From assembly GCA_041665265.1 (NCBI GenBank), contig JBAYJE010000004.1, positions 507 to 64,506 of the forward strand: DNA of 64,000 nucleotides. Reading direction: 5' to 3'. This DNA is from Minisyncoccota bacterium (GTDB lineage Bacteria; Patescibacteriota; Minisyncoccia; UBA6257; GWB1-50-10). Below, piece after piece: positions 6,522 to 15,964 of this stretch (within the stretch, counting starts at the first letter, position 1; every line of letters starts with the position of its first letter). The notes under the pieces were generated by a model. That model saw only the letters and a list, made by a program, of their open reading frames with translations. It had not been told where the DNA came from and did no database searches. A program made the translations under genes and the position numbers.

Positions 6522-9299
6522 TTATGAGCATCCGCCTGAAGAATCACCACACTGGAGGCAAGTAAGACAGGTGCCAGTACGCACCATCATGCCCCCACAC
6601 TTTCTACACACCACATCAGCAACTACACTACTTTTTGCTTTCTTCTGTGGCTCATCGAATCCGTTCCCTCCTGTCACTGTGGCATGAACTGCTACAGGCG
6701 ACTGGATGTCTTGTACTTCCTTTGTGTCGTGCTTCCCCTCTTCAAGAAGTTGAATCATACCGAATTCGGAAAGATCATCTGAAGTAAGGAAGCGAAGTGC
6801 GAGATAACGAAAAATATAATCTACGATACTCGTCGCAATTCTAATATTTGGATTTTCTGTAAATCCTGCGGGCTCGAAACGAGTATAAATAAACTTATGA
6901 GAAAGATCCTTCAACGGCACACCGTACTGAAGTGCCATTGAAACGGAGATTGCAAATGCATCAAGTAATCCGGAAAGAGTACTTCCCTGCTTCGACATTC
7001 TAATAAATATTTCAGAGAGCGCTCCATCTTCGTAGGTGCTATAGGTAAGATATCCCTCATGCCCTGCAATTGAAAACTTATGTGTTTCAGATGCGCGTGT
7101 CGCAGGAAGTCGTCTTCGAGTAATAGTATCTGCTACCACCTCAGGTTCTTTTTTCTTCTTTTGTGCGGCGGTGCTGAGTGGTTGTGTTGCTTTTGATCCA
7201 TCACGATATACAGCAAATGCTTTAATGCCATGTTTCCACGCCATCATATATGCATCTGCAATTTCTTCTTTCGTCGTCTCATGCTCCATATTAAATGTTT
7301 TTGAAATAGCGCCAGAAATAAATGGTTGCACCGCTGCCACCATCTTCACATGACCACGCCACGAAATTGAACGTGTGCCGTTTGCCGATCTCACTGCGCA
7401 ATCAAATACAGGGAGGTGGTCATTTTTTAAATGGGGAGCACCTTCAATGGTATTATGTTCTGCAATCCATGTAGTGATATCTGCCTGTTCACTACTTGAG
7501 TAACCAAGATTTTGAAGCGCGGGTTCTACACTCGCATTTACAATCTTCATCCATCCTCCTCCGACGAGTTGTTTCATCTTCACTAATGAGAAGTCTGGTT
7601 CGATGCCTGTTGTATCACAATCCATCATGAAAGAAATAGTACCTGTGGGTGCAATCACGGTAGTTTGCGAATTACGAAATCCATTTTTCTCACCGAGTTT
7701 ATATGCCTCCTCCCACACTTCGCGAGCTGCCGCGCCAAGATTTTTATCATTCAATGAGAATGGATTGATGGTGTGTGATGCCGCGCCATGCATACGAATA
7801 ACATTAAGCATTGGGTCACGATTAATCGCATAGCCCTCAAACGCGCCCACCTGCCTTGCAATAACTGAGGAGAAACGATATGCCTCACCTGCCATAAGTG
7901 ACGCTATAGCGCCTCCAAGTGCCCTCCCCTCATCAGAATCGTAAGGAAAGCCTTTGGTCATAAGAAGTGCACCAAGATTAGCAAAACCAAGCCCTAGCTG
8001 CCTAAATTTATGAGCATTCTCCCCAATCTTCTCTGTGGGATAACTTGAGGCATCTACAATAATATCTTGCGCCAAAATAAAAGTATCAACGGTATGCTTA
8101 AACTCTTTTACCATGAAAGTGCCATCTTCCTTAAGAAATTTCATAAGATTGATGGACGCAAGATTACACGCCGAGTTATCAATGCTCATATATTCTGAAC
8201 ACGGATTCGATCCATTAATTCTTCCCGAATTTGGAATGGTGTGCCATCTATTAATAATTGAATCGAATTGCACTCCAGGATCACCACACTCCCATGCGGC
8301 GCTCGCAATTTCATTTAAAATATCTCGCGCACGATATTGTTGTGCCGGCAATCCACTTGTGAGAAATTTTGTCTCCCATGTGCCATCACGTTCCGCCGCC
8401 TGCATAAATTCATCAGTGATACGCACCGAATTATTTGCATTTTGATATTGGATAGAATTCCATGCCTCGTTATTTAAATCGAGCATGTTATACCCACCTT
8501 CCATGAGTACGCGAACCTTTTTCTCCTCCTCCGCTTTCACGCGAATGAATTCTAAAATATCTGGATGATCAATATTTAAAATAACCATCTTTGCTGCACG
8601 TCGTGTAGTGCCACCAGATTTAATCATACCCGCCACCGAATCTGCGCCACGCATAAAAGAAACGGGACCAGACGCATGACCACCCTTTGAAAGCGATTCA
8701 AGTTTTGAACGAAGTGTTGAAAGATTAATTCCCGCACCAGAACCTCCCTTAAAAATCATTCCTTCTGTTTTAATCCAATCAAGAATGGAACGCATATCAT
8801 CATCCACCGAAAGAATAAAACACGCAGAACATTGTGGTTTCTCTACCATGCCAACGTTAAACCACACAGGACTATTAAATGAGCCGCGTTGAAATAAAAG
8901 AATGCTCGCAAGTTCTTCTTCAAAAATTTTTCCCTGTGCCACATCGAAGTAACCGAACTTTTCTCCCCATGCACGAATATTTGTGGTGATTCTTGAAATC
9001 ATTTGCTTTGCACTCTCTTCGCGCTCTGCGCTGTCTACTTTTCCACGAAAATATTTTGCAACAGTAATATTAATTGCATTTGCAGACCAAAAATCAGGGA
9101 ACTCAACATTTTTTTGTTCAAATACTTTCTTTTCTCCTCCTACTACCGCATCTCGTCGCGCCCACGTTACCTCATCATAGGGATGAATTCCTTCATGCGT
9201 GAAAACACGTTTCAACGAAATCTCGTTTCGTGATTTTGTCTTTTCACCACTTCCTTTTTTTATAGTGGGGGTTCCTGGGGTTGTTTTCTTTATTACCAT
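6522..9299 (-). CDS. nrdJ: Adenosylcobalamin-dependent (class II) ribonucleotide reductase
   Basis: FNSPVWFN, PQCSACFI, SNPCSEY, APTGTIS, C-terminal TSCPD-like domain and Cys ribbon. Confidence 0.95.
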   Translation of the reverse strand: MVIKKTTPGTPTIKKGSGEKTKSRNEISLKRVFTHEGIHPYDEVTWARRDAVVGGEKKVFEQKNVEFPDFWSANAINITVAKYFRGKVDSAEREESAKQMISRITTNIRAWGEKFGYFDVAQGKIFEEELASILLFQRGSFNSPVWFNVGMVEKPQCSACFILSVDDDMRSILDWIKTEGMIFKGGSGAGINLSTLRSKLESLSKGGHASGPVSFMRGADSVAGMIKSGGTTRRAAKMVILNIDHPDILEFIRVKAEEEKKVRVLMEGGYNMLDLNNEAWNSIQYQNANNSVRITDEFMQAAERDGTWETKFLTSGLPAQQYRARDILNEIASAAWECGDPGVQFDSIINRWHTIPNSGRINGSNPCSEYMSIDNSACNLASINLMKFLKEDGTFMVKEFKHTVDTFILAQDIIVDASSYPTEKIGENAHKFRQLGLGFANLGALLMTKGFPYDSDEGRALGGAIASLMAGEAYRFSSVIARQVGAFEGYAINRDPMLNVIRMHGAASHTINPFSLNDKNLGAAAREVWEEAYKLGEKNGFRNSQTTVIAPTGTISFMMDCDTTGIEPDFSLVKMKQLVGGGWMKIVNASVEPALQNLGYSSSEQADITTWIAEHNTIEGAPHLKNDHLPVFDCAVRSANGTRSISWRGHVKMVAAVQPFISGAISKTFNMEHETTKEEIADAYMMAWKHGIKAFAVYRDGSKATQPLSTAAQKKKKEPEVVADTITRRRLPATRASETHKFSIAGHEGYLTYSTYEDGALSEIFIRMSKQGSTLSGLLDAFAISVSMALQYGVPLKDLSHKFIYTRFEPAGFTENPNIRIATSIVDYIFRYLALRFLTSDDLSEFGMIQLLEEGKHDTKEVQDIQSPVAVHATVTGGNGFDEPQKKAKSSVVADVVCRKCGGMMVRTGTCLTCLQCGDSSGGCS

Positions 9300-9400
9300 G
9301 AGTTCATGATATCAGAAAAAAAAATCGTTTTTTCTGTGCATAAGAGGCGCAAAAGATATAAAAAATGGCTCTCTGTCAAAAGAGAGCCACTCACCCTAAA

Positions 9401-10633
9401 TTATTTTTTCTTCTTCCGAAGGAATGCGGGAATCTCCCACGTTTCTTCGTTATCGGAAACCTGTGTTTTTCCCGCTTTCTCCTTTTCTGAAACATTTGAT
9501 ACCTTTTCCTTCGAGTCGGCTGTAGGAGGAGTAGGAATTTTTACTGTTTTAGGAAACTCATCAGTTATGAAAAGTGTGGGAGTTGCCATACGAGTTTGGA
9601 AAACGCCATTAAATCCGGTTGCAATGACCGTCACCTTAAGACTCTTATCTTTTAGACTCCTATCGTGATATGCGCCAAAAATAACACGTGCATTTGAATC
9701 AAGATTCCCCGCCACCGTCTTTGCAATATCATTTACTTCGGACATTTTAATGTCGCGCCCTCCTGCAATACTAAAAAGCACGCTTCGTGCACCATCAATA
9801 GAGATTTCGAGAAGTGGGGAATTCAACGCCGCATTTACTGCTTTCACACTTCTATCCTGACCTGAGGCGATACCAATACCTACCATCGTCTGCCCTGCAT
9901 CGCGTAAGATTGCACGCACGTCTGCAAAATCAACATTAATAAGGCCTGGCATATTAATAAGTTCTGCAAGCGACTGCACACCGTTACGTAATACGTCATC
10001 AATAAATCCAAATGCGCGCACTACCGAAGTGTCTTTATCAATTAATCCAAAAATGCGGTCATTCGGAATAACCACAAGCGCATCTACTTTTTCTTTAAAT
10101 TTAATAAGTGCTTCTTGTGCGATTGCCATGCGCTGTGCTCCCTCAAATCCGAATGGTTTTGTAATAATACCAATCGTAAGAATTCCTTTTTCTTTTGCGA
10201 TATCCGCAACCACTGGACCGGCACCACTCCCCGTACCACCACCAAGTCCTGCAGTCACAAAAACAATATCTGCATCTTCAAGTGCTTCACCAATCTCAGA
10301 ACGATTTTCTTCAGCGGCTTGCTTTCCTATTTCAGGATTCATTCCTGCACCAAGTCCTTTGGTAAGTGCTTTTCCAATATAAATTTTCTTATGTGCCGAT
10401 GCGTAATCCAAATCTTGTGCGTCGGTATTAATCGCAATATACTCCACACCACGAATACGATCACTCTCCATCATGCGAGTGATTGCGTTTCCCCCACCAC
10501 CACCTACTCCTATCACTTTAATTTTAGTAAGTGTGGAAGAAATCTTTTTCTTTACAGGCATATCAGTTGTTTTCTCAGATGACTGAGGGATTGTTCCTTT
10601 CTTTTTTTTCTTTGTCATTTTCTTTTTGTTCAT
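9401..10633 (-). CDS. ftsZ: Cell division protein FtsZ
   Basis: GVGGGGGN, GLGGGTGSG, INVDFAD, C-terminal EIPAFLR. Confidence 0.98.
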   Translation of the reverse strand: MNKKKMTKKKKKGTIPQSSEKTTDMPVKKKISSTLTKIKVIGVGGGGGNAITRMMESDRIRGVEYIAINTDAQDLDYASAHKKIYIGKALTKGLGAGMNPEIGKQAAEENRSEIGEALEDADIVFVTAGLGGGTGSGAGPVVADIAKEKGILTIGIITKPFGFEGAQRMAIAQEALIKFKEKVDALVVIPNDRIFGLIDKDTSVVRAFGFIDDVLRNGVQSLAELINMPGLINVDFADVRAILRDAGQTMVGIGIASGQDRSVKAVNAALNSPLLEISIDGARSVLFSIAGGRDIKMSEVNDIAKTVAGNLDSNARVIFGAYHDRSLKDKSLKVTVIATGFNGVFQTRMATPTLFITDEFPKTVKIPTPPTADSKEKVSNVSEKEKAGKTQVSDNEETWEIPAFLRKKKK

Positions 10634-10636
10634 AGA

Positions 10637-11857
10637 TTAAGGAAAAAGATTCTTAAGCACTTGGCGAACTATATCTAATACATTACTCCCTGGTTTTTTA
10701 TCTTCCGCACTTCCCCACATAAGCAATCCAACCGCGGTCACAAACTCTGGATCATCTAATAACTCTTGATGTGCGGGATTGGTAATTTCCATATCGGAAA
10801 GATTGGGAAATCCTACTTGCGCAGGAAGTTTTAACTCCTGTCTCACAAACTCAGTCATTCCAGGAAGCTTCACACCACCCCCCACAATTACTACTCCACC
10901 TGGGAGTTGAAGATTGCGCCCAAGTGTTTTCAATTCATTATTTACGAGATCAAGGATTTCTTCAAGACGTACTTCAATAATCTCAGCAAGGAAGCGCTTT
11001 GAAATCTCAGTAGTATTCTTCGGATCAATCTCAGACAAGCGCACAAGTTCCTTACGCCCAATCTCTTTTGAGCTTGCAAAACCGTAAGCTACTTTTAATT
11101 TCTCCGCTACATCAAAGGGAATACGAAATCCTGCCACAATATCATTGGTAATATATCCAGAACCAAGAGGAATGCTCTTCGTACAAAGAACCTTCCCTTC
11201 TTCATAAATAACAAATGAGGTTGTATCAGATCCAAAATCAATAAGAAGAACTCCTAAATCTTTTTGTCTCTTGGTAAGCACGGTCCTTGCAGATGCGAGC
11301 GGATTAAAGATAACACCACCAACTCCGAAACCAACACGATCAAGTGTTTTTGTCACGATAGAAAGATGTGGTCCAAACACTTCAACAATAAGAGTATTTG
11401 CCTCAAGACGATTTCCGGACATACCAAGAGGATCAGCAATATCTCCTACACCATCAACAAAATATTCTCGCACCATATTATGGAGTACCATACGATTCTG
11501 CTGTACCTTACCTGCACGCGCTGCTTCAACTACACGATCAACATCATCTTGTTGAATTTCTTGATCTGCACGCGCCACTGCCACCATACCTTGTGACTGC
11601 CGAGACCACACATGATCACTATTAATATTTACCCACACATTTTCTGTCGCATGTTTTGAAACGCGTTTCAAATCAAGCACAAGTCCACGCAATGTAGCAG
11701 TCGCACTTTCTACATCAACAAGAATGCCGCGCTTAAATCCTGCGGACGGATGCCTAAACGCAGTAACTACCGAAAGAGTTCCATCTTTTTTTTGTGTCGC
11801 AACAATTCCTTTTATTTGTGATGATCCGATATCAAGACTAGTAATCAATGAAGACAT
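10637..11857 (-). CDS. ftsA: Cell division protein FtsA
   Basis: LDIGSS, DPLGMSG.RLE, IDFG, adjacent to ftsZ. Confidence 0.95.
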   Translation of the reverse strand: MSSLITSLDIGSSQIKGIVATQKKDGTLSVVTAFRHPSAGFKRGILVDVESATATLRGLVLDLKRVSKHATENVWVNINSDHVWSRQSQGMVAVARADQEIQQDDVDRVVEAARAGKVQQNRMVLHNMVREYFVDGVGDIADPLGMSGNRLEANTLIVEVFGPHLSIVTKTLDRVGFGVGGVIFNPLASARTVLTKRQKDLGVLLIDFGSDTTSFVIYEEGKVLCTKSIPLGSGYITNDIVAGFRIPFDVAEKLKVAYGFASSKEIGRKELVRLSEIDPKNTTEISKRFLAEIIEVRLEEILDLVNNELKTLGRNLQLPGGVVIVGGGVKLPGMTEFVRQELKLPAQVGFPNLSDMEITNPAHQELLDDPEFVTAVGLLMWGSAEDKKPGSNVLDIVRQVLKNLFP

Positions 11858-11889
11858 GGGTATGCAATAATGTAATCTATTTTATATTT

Positions 11890-12312
11890 TTATTTTCGCA
11901 CCGTGCGAGCAAGAAGACGATCTTCGGCTCGTTCCATCCTCATCCTATCACTCTTTTTTGCATGAGTATACTCGAACAAGTGGAGAAGCCCATGCACAGT
12001 TAAAAGTTTTATATCCTCCTCTTTCGCCTTAATAAAATCGGGCGCAAGATAGATTTCCCCAAGGTAGTGTTGCTTCCCAACGTCAGCACGCGGGAACTCT
12101 TTTGCTTCAAAACTTAGCACATTCGTTGGTACGTCCTTCCCTCGAAACGTGCGATTAAGTGTCTTCATTTCCTTATTTGAAACGAGATAGAGTTCGAGTG
12201 CTACCTCCGTCTTTTTGAGCTTCGCGAGTGATAAGGTAAGTACTGTCCGCACCACGCGAACAAGTGGTAAGAATTTCTTTTGAGAACAATTGATGGTTAT
12301 TGAGGATTTCAT
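11890..12312 (-). CDS. ybeY: rRNA maturation endoribonuclease YbeY
   Basis: LNRTFRGKDVPTNVLSF, HGLLHLFEYTH. Confidence 0.92.
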   Translation of the reverse strand: MKSSITINCSQKKFLPLVRVVRTVLTLSLAKLKKTEVALELYLVSNKEMKTLNRTFRGKDVPTNVLSFEAKEFPRADVGKQHYLGEIYLAPDFIKAKEEDIKLLTVHGLLHLFEYTHAKKSDRMRMERAEDRLLARTVRK

Positions 12313-12381
12313 ATGCGTGGCTTCATTATAAAAAAAAACACGGATTGTTACCAATTCGTGTTCTACCCTCCTTTCTTACTT

Positions 12382-12840
12382 TTAGGAAAGAAGTTCTTTC
12401 AAGATTCTCGTGACAACTGCAGCGTCTGCTTTTCCTTTTAATTCTTTCATCACGGTACCCATAACTTTTCCAAAATCTTTTGGACTTACTTCTCCCGCTG
12501 CGCTCACTAATCTCTGAACTTCTTTTTTAATATCCTCATCGCTCATTTGTGCAGGAAGATACACTTCAAGTACTTTTAATTCCGCGAGTTCTTTTGCGGC
12601 GAGATCTTCACGCTTTCCTTGGGTATAAAGTGTAATTGCTTCTTTTCTCTTTTTTACTTCACGGCGCGCGATTTCAAGTGTCTCCTCATCGCTCAACTTC
12701 TCATTCTCCCCCTTCCCACGCTTTTCAATCGCACGATTATGAAGCGCTGACACAAGAAGACGAAGCGTATCTGCAACAATACTATTCCGCGATTTAAATG
12801 CGGCTTCAAAATCTGATTTTAATTTTTCTTCGAGAGACAT
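12382..12840 (-). CDS. GatB/YqeY domain protein
   Basis: KKRKEAI..Y..GKREDLA..E..E...L..YLP, GKVMG. Confidence 0.9.
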   Translation of the reverse strand: MSLEEKLKSDFEAAFKSRNSIVADTLRLLVSALHNRAIEKRGKGENEKLSDEETLEIARREVKKRKEAITLYTQGKREDLAAKELAELKVLEVYLPAQMSDEDIKKEVQRLVSAAGEVSPKDFGKVMGTVMKELKGKADAAVVTRILKELLS

Positions 12841-12867
12841 GGATTGAGTATACCGAACAATACGTGG

Positions 12868-13083
12868 TTACTTACTTCCGTATTTTTTCGATTCCGCAAA
12901 CTCGCCCTGCTTTTCTATTTTATAGAGAGCTGCATTGCGTCGCTTTCCGCGGTTTGCTACGCGCTTAGTAAACTGGCGCTTACGCACCTCTTTTACCAAA
13001 CCACTATGTTGTACCCGTTTTGTGAAACGATAGAGCATTGAGCTCGATGTTTCCCCTTCTCTTTTTCGTACTTCTATTGCCAT
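12868..13083 (-). CDS. rpsU: 30S ribosomal protein S21
   Basis: IEVRKREGE...LYRF.KRV..SG...EVRKR; basic 71 aa beside yqeY. Confidence 0.85.
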   Translation of the reverse strand: MAIEVRKREGETSSSMLYRFTKRVQHSGLVKEVRKRQFTKRVANRGKRRNAALYKIEKQGEFAESKKYGSK

Positions 13084-13087
13084 AAGT

Positions 13088-13498
13088 CTATTCCTTTATA
13101 ATCTTATTTTTCATTTCCGTCAATGTTTCTTGAGAAGGATTTGATACTATGCCATGAATCGACGAGCCACCGTCAGTCTTCCAACGAGGGATTATATGAA
13201 TATGAAGATGATCAATCGCCTGTCCTGCCCACTTCCCATGATTAATACCAATAGTAAACCCATCAGGCTGAAGTGCATCCTGTAACCATCCTGTTACTTT
13301 CTTTACCGCACTAAAAAGTGGTCCTAAATCTGCATTGCTCACCCCAAGAATTGTTTCTGCGTGAATCTTCGGAAGTATCATGGTATGCCCTGGTGCAACT
13401 GGATGTACATCTAACACTGCGAGAGCCACGTCATCTTCATAGATAATTTCCGAGGGAATTTCCTTCTTCACTATTTTACAGAAAATACATTCGCTCAT
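13088..13498 (-). CDS. HIT family hydrolase
   Basis: CIFCKI, GHT, HLHIHII. Confidence 0.93.
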   Translation of the reverse strand: MSECIFCKIVKKEIPSEIIYEDDVALAVLDVHPVAPGHTMILPKIHAETILGVSNADLGPLFSAVKKVTGWLQDALQPDGFTIGINHGKWAGQAIDHLHIHIIPRWKTDGGSSIHGIVSNPSQETLTEMKNKIIKE

Positions 13499-13499
13499 A

Positions 13500-14798
13500 C
13501 TACTTGAGACGCTTCTTTACCTGTTCCACAAATGTATCCACAATAAATGTTTCCTGAGCTCCCGACTTCATATCGCGCACGATAATTGTATTTTCGAATG
13601 CCTCTTTCTGTCCAAAAATAAGCGACATTGGTACGTGTGATTTTTCAGCAAACTTCATCTGTGCTTTTAATGTCTTCTTCCCTATTGCCTCAACCACACC
13701 CACCCCTCCCATGCGAAGCATATTCATGAGTCGTACACTCATTTTCCGTGCTTGGTCTCCCACCGCCATAAAGGCTACGCGTGGCTTCATCTTTCTGCGC
13801 AATTCTACGTTTTTTATCCTTAACTGCTCCACGATTCTATCTAATCCTAACGCAACACCTACTCCAGGAATTGTCTTTCCAAATAATGCCTCTGCAAGGT
13901 AGTCATAGCGTCCACCGCCTGCGAGCGCAAAATGAGTATCACTACTCATAATCTCAAAAATAGTACGATTACAATACTCTTTTTCGCGTACGAAAAATGG
14001 ATCGGGCTCATACACAATGCCGTTATCCTCTACGAGCTCTAATACTGCTTTGAAATGATTATTACAACCCTGACACAAATGATCGAGAATAATTGGTGCC
14101 TCCTTCCTACTCTCTCTGCATTCTGTCTTCGTGCAATTAAAAAGTCTCATGGGGTTCTCTTCGAGATCTGTTTTACACGTCGCGCACATTGGCTGCTTGC
14201 GATAATACACTTTTAATTTCTCGCGATAACTCGTGCGACACACCTTACAGCCCGCGGTATTAATGCGCAATCGAAGATTTTGAAATTTGAGTATTTTCAA
14301 AAATTCAAACGCTGCAAGAATAATCTGCATGTCATACACGGGGTCATTGTCTCCTATCACATCAAATCCCCACTGATGCACCTGACGCAATTTTCCATCA
14401 TCAATTTTTTCAAATCGAAAAATAGAACCATTTTGATATATCTTAAGGGGCGATGCAAAATAACCTAAATGATGTTGAATATAACTTCGCATCACAGGCG
14501 CGGAGAGATCAGCACGAAGTGACACTTGTTCATTATCGCGCGTCTTCAGCATAAATAACTTCTTTTCAATACCATCTGAAGCGCCATTCCCACGAATAAA
14601 AAGTTCTGCGTGTTCAAGCACGGGGGTTTCAATATAATGAAAATCATAAAGATCGCTTAACATCTTCCCGGTATCCCATACGGCGCGCCACCATTCTGCA
14701 TCCTTCGGAAGGATATCGTACATCCCGTGTACATTACCAAAATTCTCAAGTGACTTTGCTTTTTTCTTTGATTGTTTCTTTGGTGTCGTTTTTTCCAT
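13500..14798 (-). CDS. hisS: Histidyl-tRNA synthetase-like protein (divergent active site)
   Basis: GMYDILP, IETPVLE, GGGRYD, GLDRI, anticodon-binding C-terminal domain; RGLDYY appears as REKEYC. Confidence 0.8.
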   Translation of the reverse strand: MEKTTPKKQSKKKAKSLENFGNVHGMYDILPKDAEWWRAVWDTGKMLSDLYDFHYIETPVLEHAELFIRGNGASDGIEKKLFMLKTRDNEQVSLRADLSAPVMRSYIQHHLGYFASPLKIYQNGSIFRFEKIDDGKLRQVHQWGFDVIGDNDPVYDMQIILAAFEFLKILKFQNLRLRINTAGCKVCRTSYREKLKVYYRKQPMCATCKTDLEENPMRLFNCTKTECRESRKEAPIILDHLCQGCNNHFKAVLELVEDNGIVYEPDPFFVREKEYCNRTIFEIMSSDTHFALAGGGRYDYLAEALFGKTIPGVGVALGLDRIVEQLRIKNVELRRKMKPRVAFMAVGDQARKMSVRLMNMLRMGGVGVVEAIGKKTLKAQMKFAEKSHVPMSLIFGQKEAFENTIIVRDMKSGAQETFIVDTFVEQVKKRLK

Positions 14799-14812
14799 AT
14801 TCAAAAATTATA

Positions 14813-15355
14813 TTAGTACGATTGAGTACCGAATGCCATTGCTTTAGTTATCGGCCATAATCGAAAACGTACAAGGCCTATTACATCATCAGTAGGAACC
14901 GTCCCCCATCTTCTGGAATCATAACTCGCATCACGGTTGTCCCCCATCACAAAATACTCACCATCCTTCACTACAAATTTTTGTGTCTCTGTACCACTCA
15001 TACGATCCACATACGGCTCTGAGAGAATTTTCTGTGTTCCATCTTTTGCAAATACCGATACAGTATTCCCATCCACAAGCACACTTTCACCAGGAAGACC
15101 TATCACACGCTTAATATAGTACGAACGGGTATCTAAAGGGTATTTGAATACAAGCACCTCCCCACGCACTGGCTCACGAAAACGATACGCGAGTTCATCA
15201 ACAAGAAGATAATCACCATTCTGAAATCCCGGTTGCATACTAGAACCACTCACAAGAAATGGTTGTGCAACAAATGCACGCACAAGAACCACGGCAACGA
15301 CCGCAATCGCAACCGTCTCAACAACTTCAAACAGTGACCATAAAAAAGCTTTCAT
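14813..15355 (-). CDS. lepB: Signal peptidase I
   Basis: VSGSSMQP, YIKRVIGLPG, MGDNR..S.DSR. Confidence 0.95.
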   Translation of the reverse strand: MKAFLWSLFEVVETVAIAVVAVVLVRAFVAQPFLVSGSSMQPGFQNGDYLLVDELAYRFREPVRGEVLVFKYPLDTRSYYIKRVIGLPGESVLVDGNTVSVFAKDGTQKILSEPYVDRMSGTETQKFVVKDGEYFVMGDNRDASYDSRRWGTVPTDDVIGLVRFRLWPITKAMAFGTQSY

Positions 15356-15407
15356 TTTTGAGGGAAAATAGAATCTCCTTTTGAAATATGCGATAATCTT
15401 ACTGAAT

Positions 15408-15962
15408 ATGGAACGGAAACACAACCCTGCCAATGCTAAGGAAAAACCACGCATCATCACGCTTGTCGTGGGTCTTGGTAACCCTGGAGCCGAGTACGAG
15501 AATACTTATCACAATATAGGCTTTTCTACGGTTGATTTCCTTACCAACTACGAGCACTTCTCTCTCTCCCGTTCAAAGACTTTTACTTCGTTAGAAAAGG
15601 ACGGAATTCGCTTTATAAAACCTCTTACTTTTATGAATGATTCAGGAAGGGCGGTTGTAGATGCACTCCACTATTTCAAAAAAAAATCAGAGCACATGTG
15701 TATTATTCATGACGACATTGATGTGCCTGTAGGAAGTTATAAATTACAATTTGCGCGCGGCGCAGCGGGTCACCATGGTGTTGAATCAATTGCATCAACC
15801 CTCGACTCCACCGCCTTTTGGCGAATACGCATCGGTATAGGAAAAGAAAGCCCGTTAGGAGAAAAAATGCGCGCATCATCACTTGTACTTAGTCCCATTA
15901 CTAAAAGTGACCAAAATGCATTTATGGAAGTCTTTAAAGAAATAAAAGAACTTCTTTTTTAA
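15408..15962 (+). CDS. pth: Peptidyl-tRNA hydrolase
   Basis: VGLGNPG..Y..T.HNIG, KPLTFMNDSG, HDDID, GHHG. Confidence 0.95.
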   Translation: MERKHNPANAKEKPRIITLVVGLGNPGAEYENTYHNIGFSTVDFLTNYEHFSLSRSKTFTSLEKDGIRFIKPLTFMNDSGRAVVDALHYFKKKSEHMCIIHDDIDVPVGSYKLQFARGAAGHHGVESIASTLDSTAFWRIRIGIGKESPLGEKMRASSLVLSPITKSDQNAFMEVFKEIKELLF

Positions 15963-15964
15963 AA

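Noticed and set aside
9300-9400. NrdR box or cobalamin riboswitch before nrdJ
   Set aside because: No consensus match, and the spacer is too short for the riboswitch.
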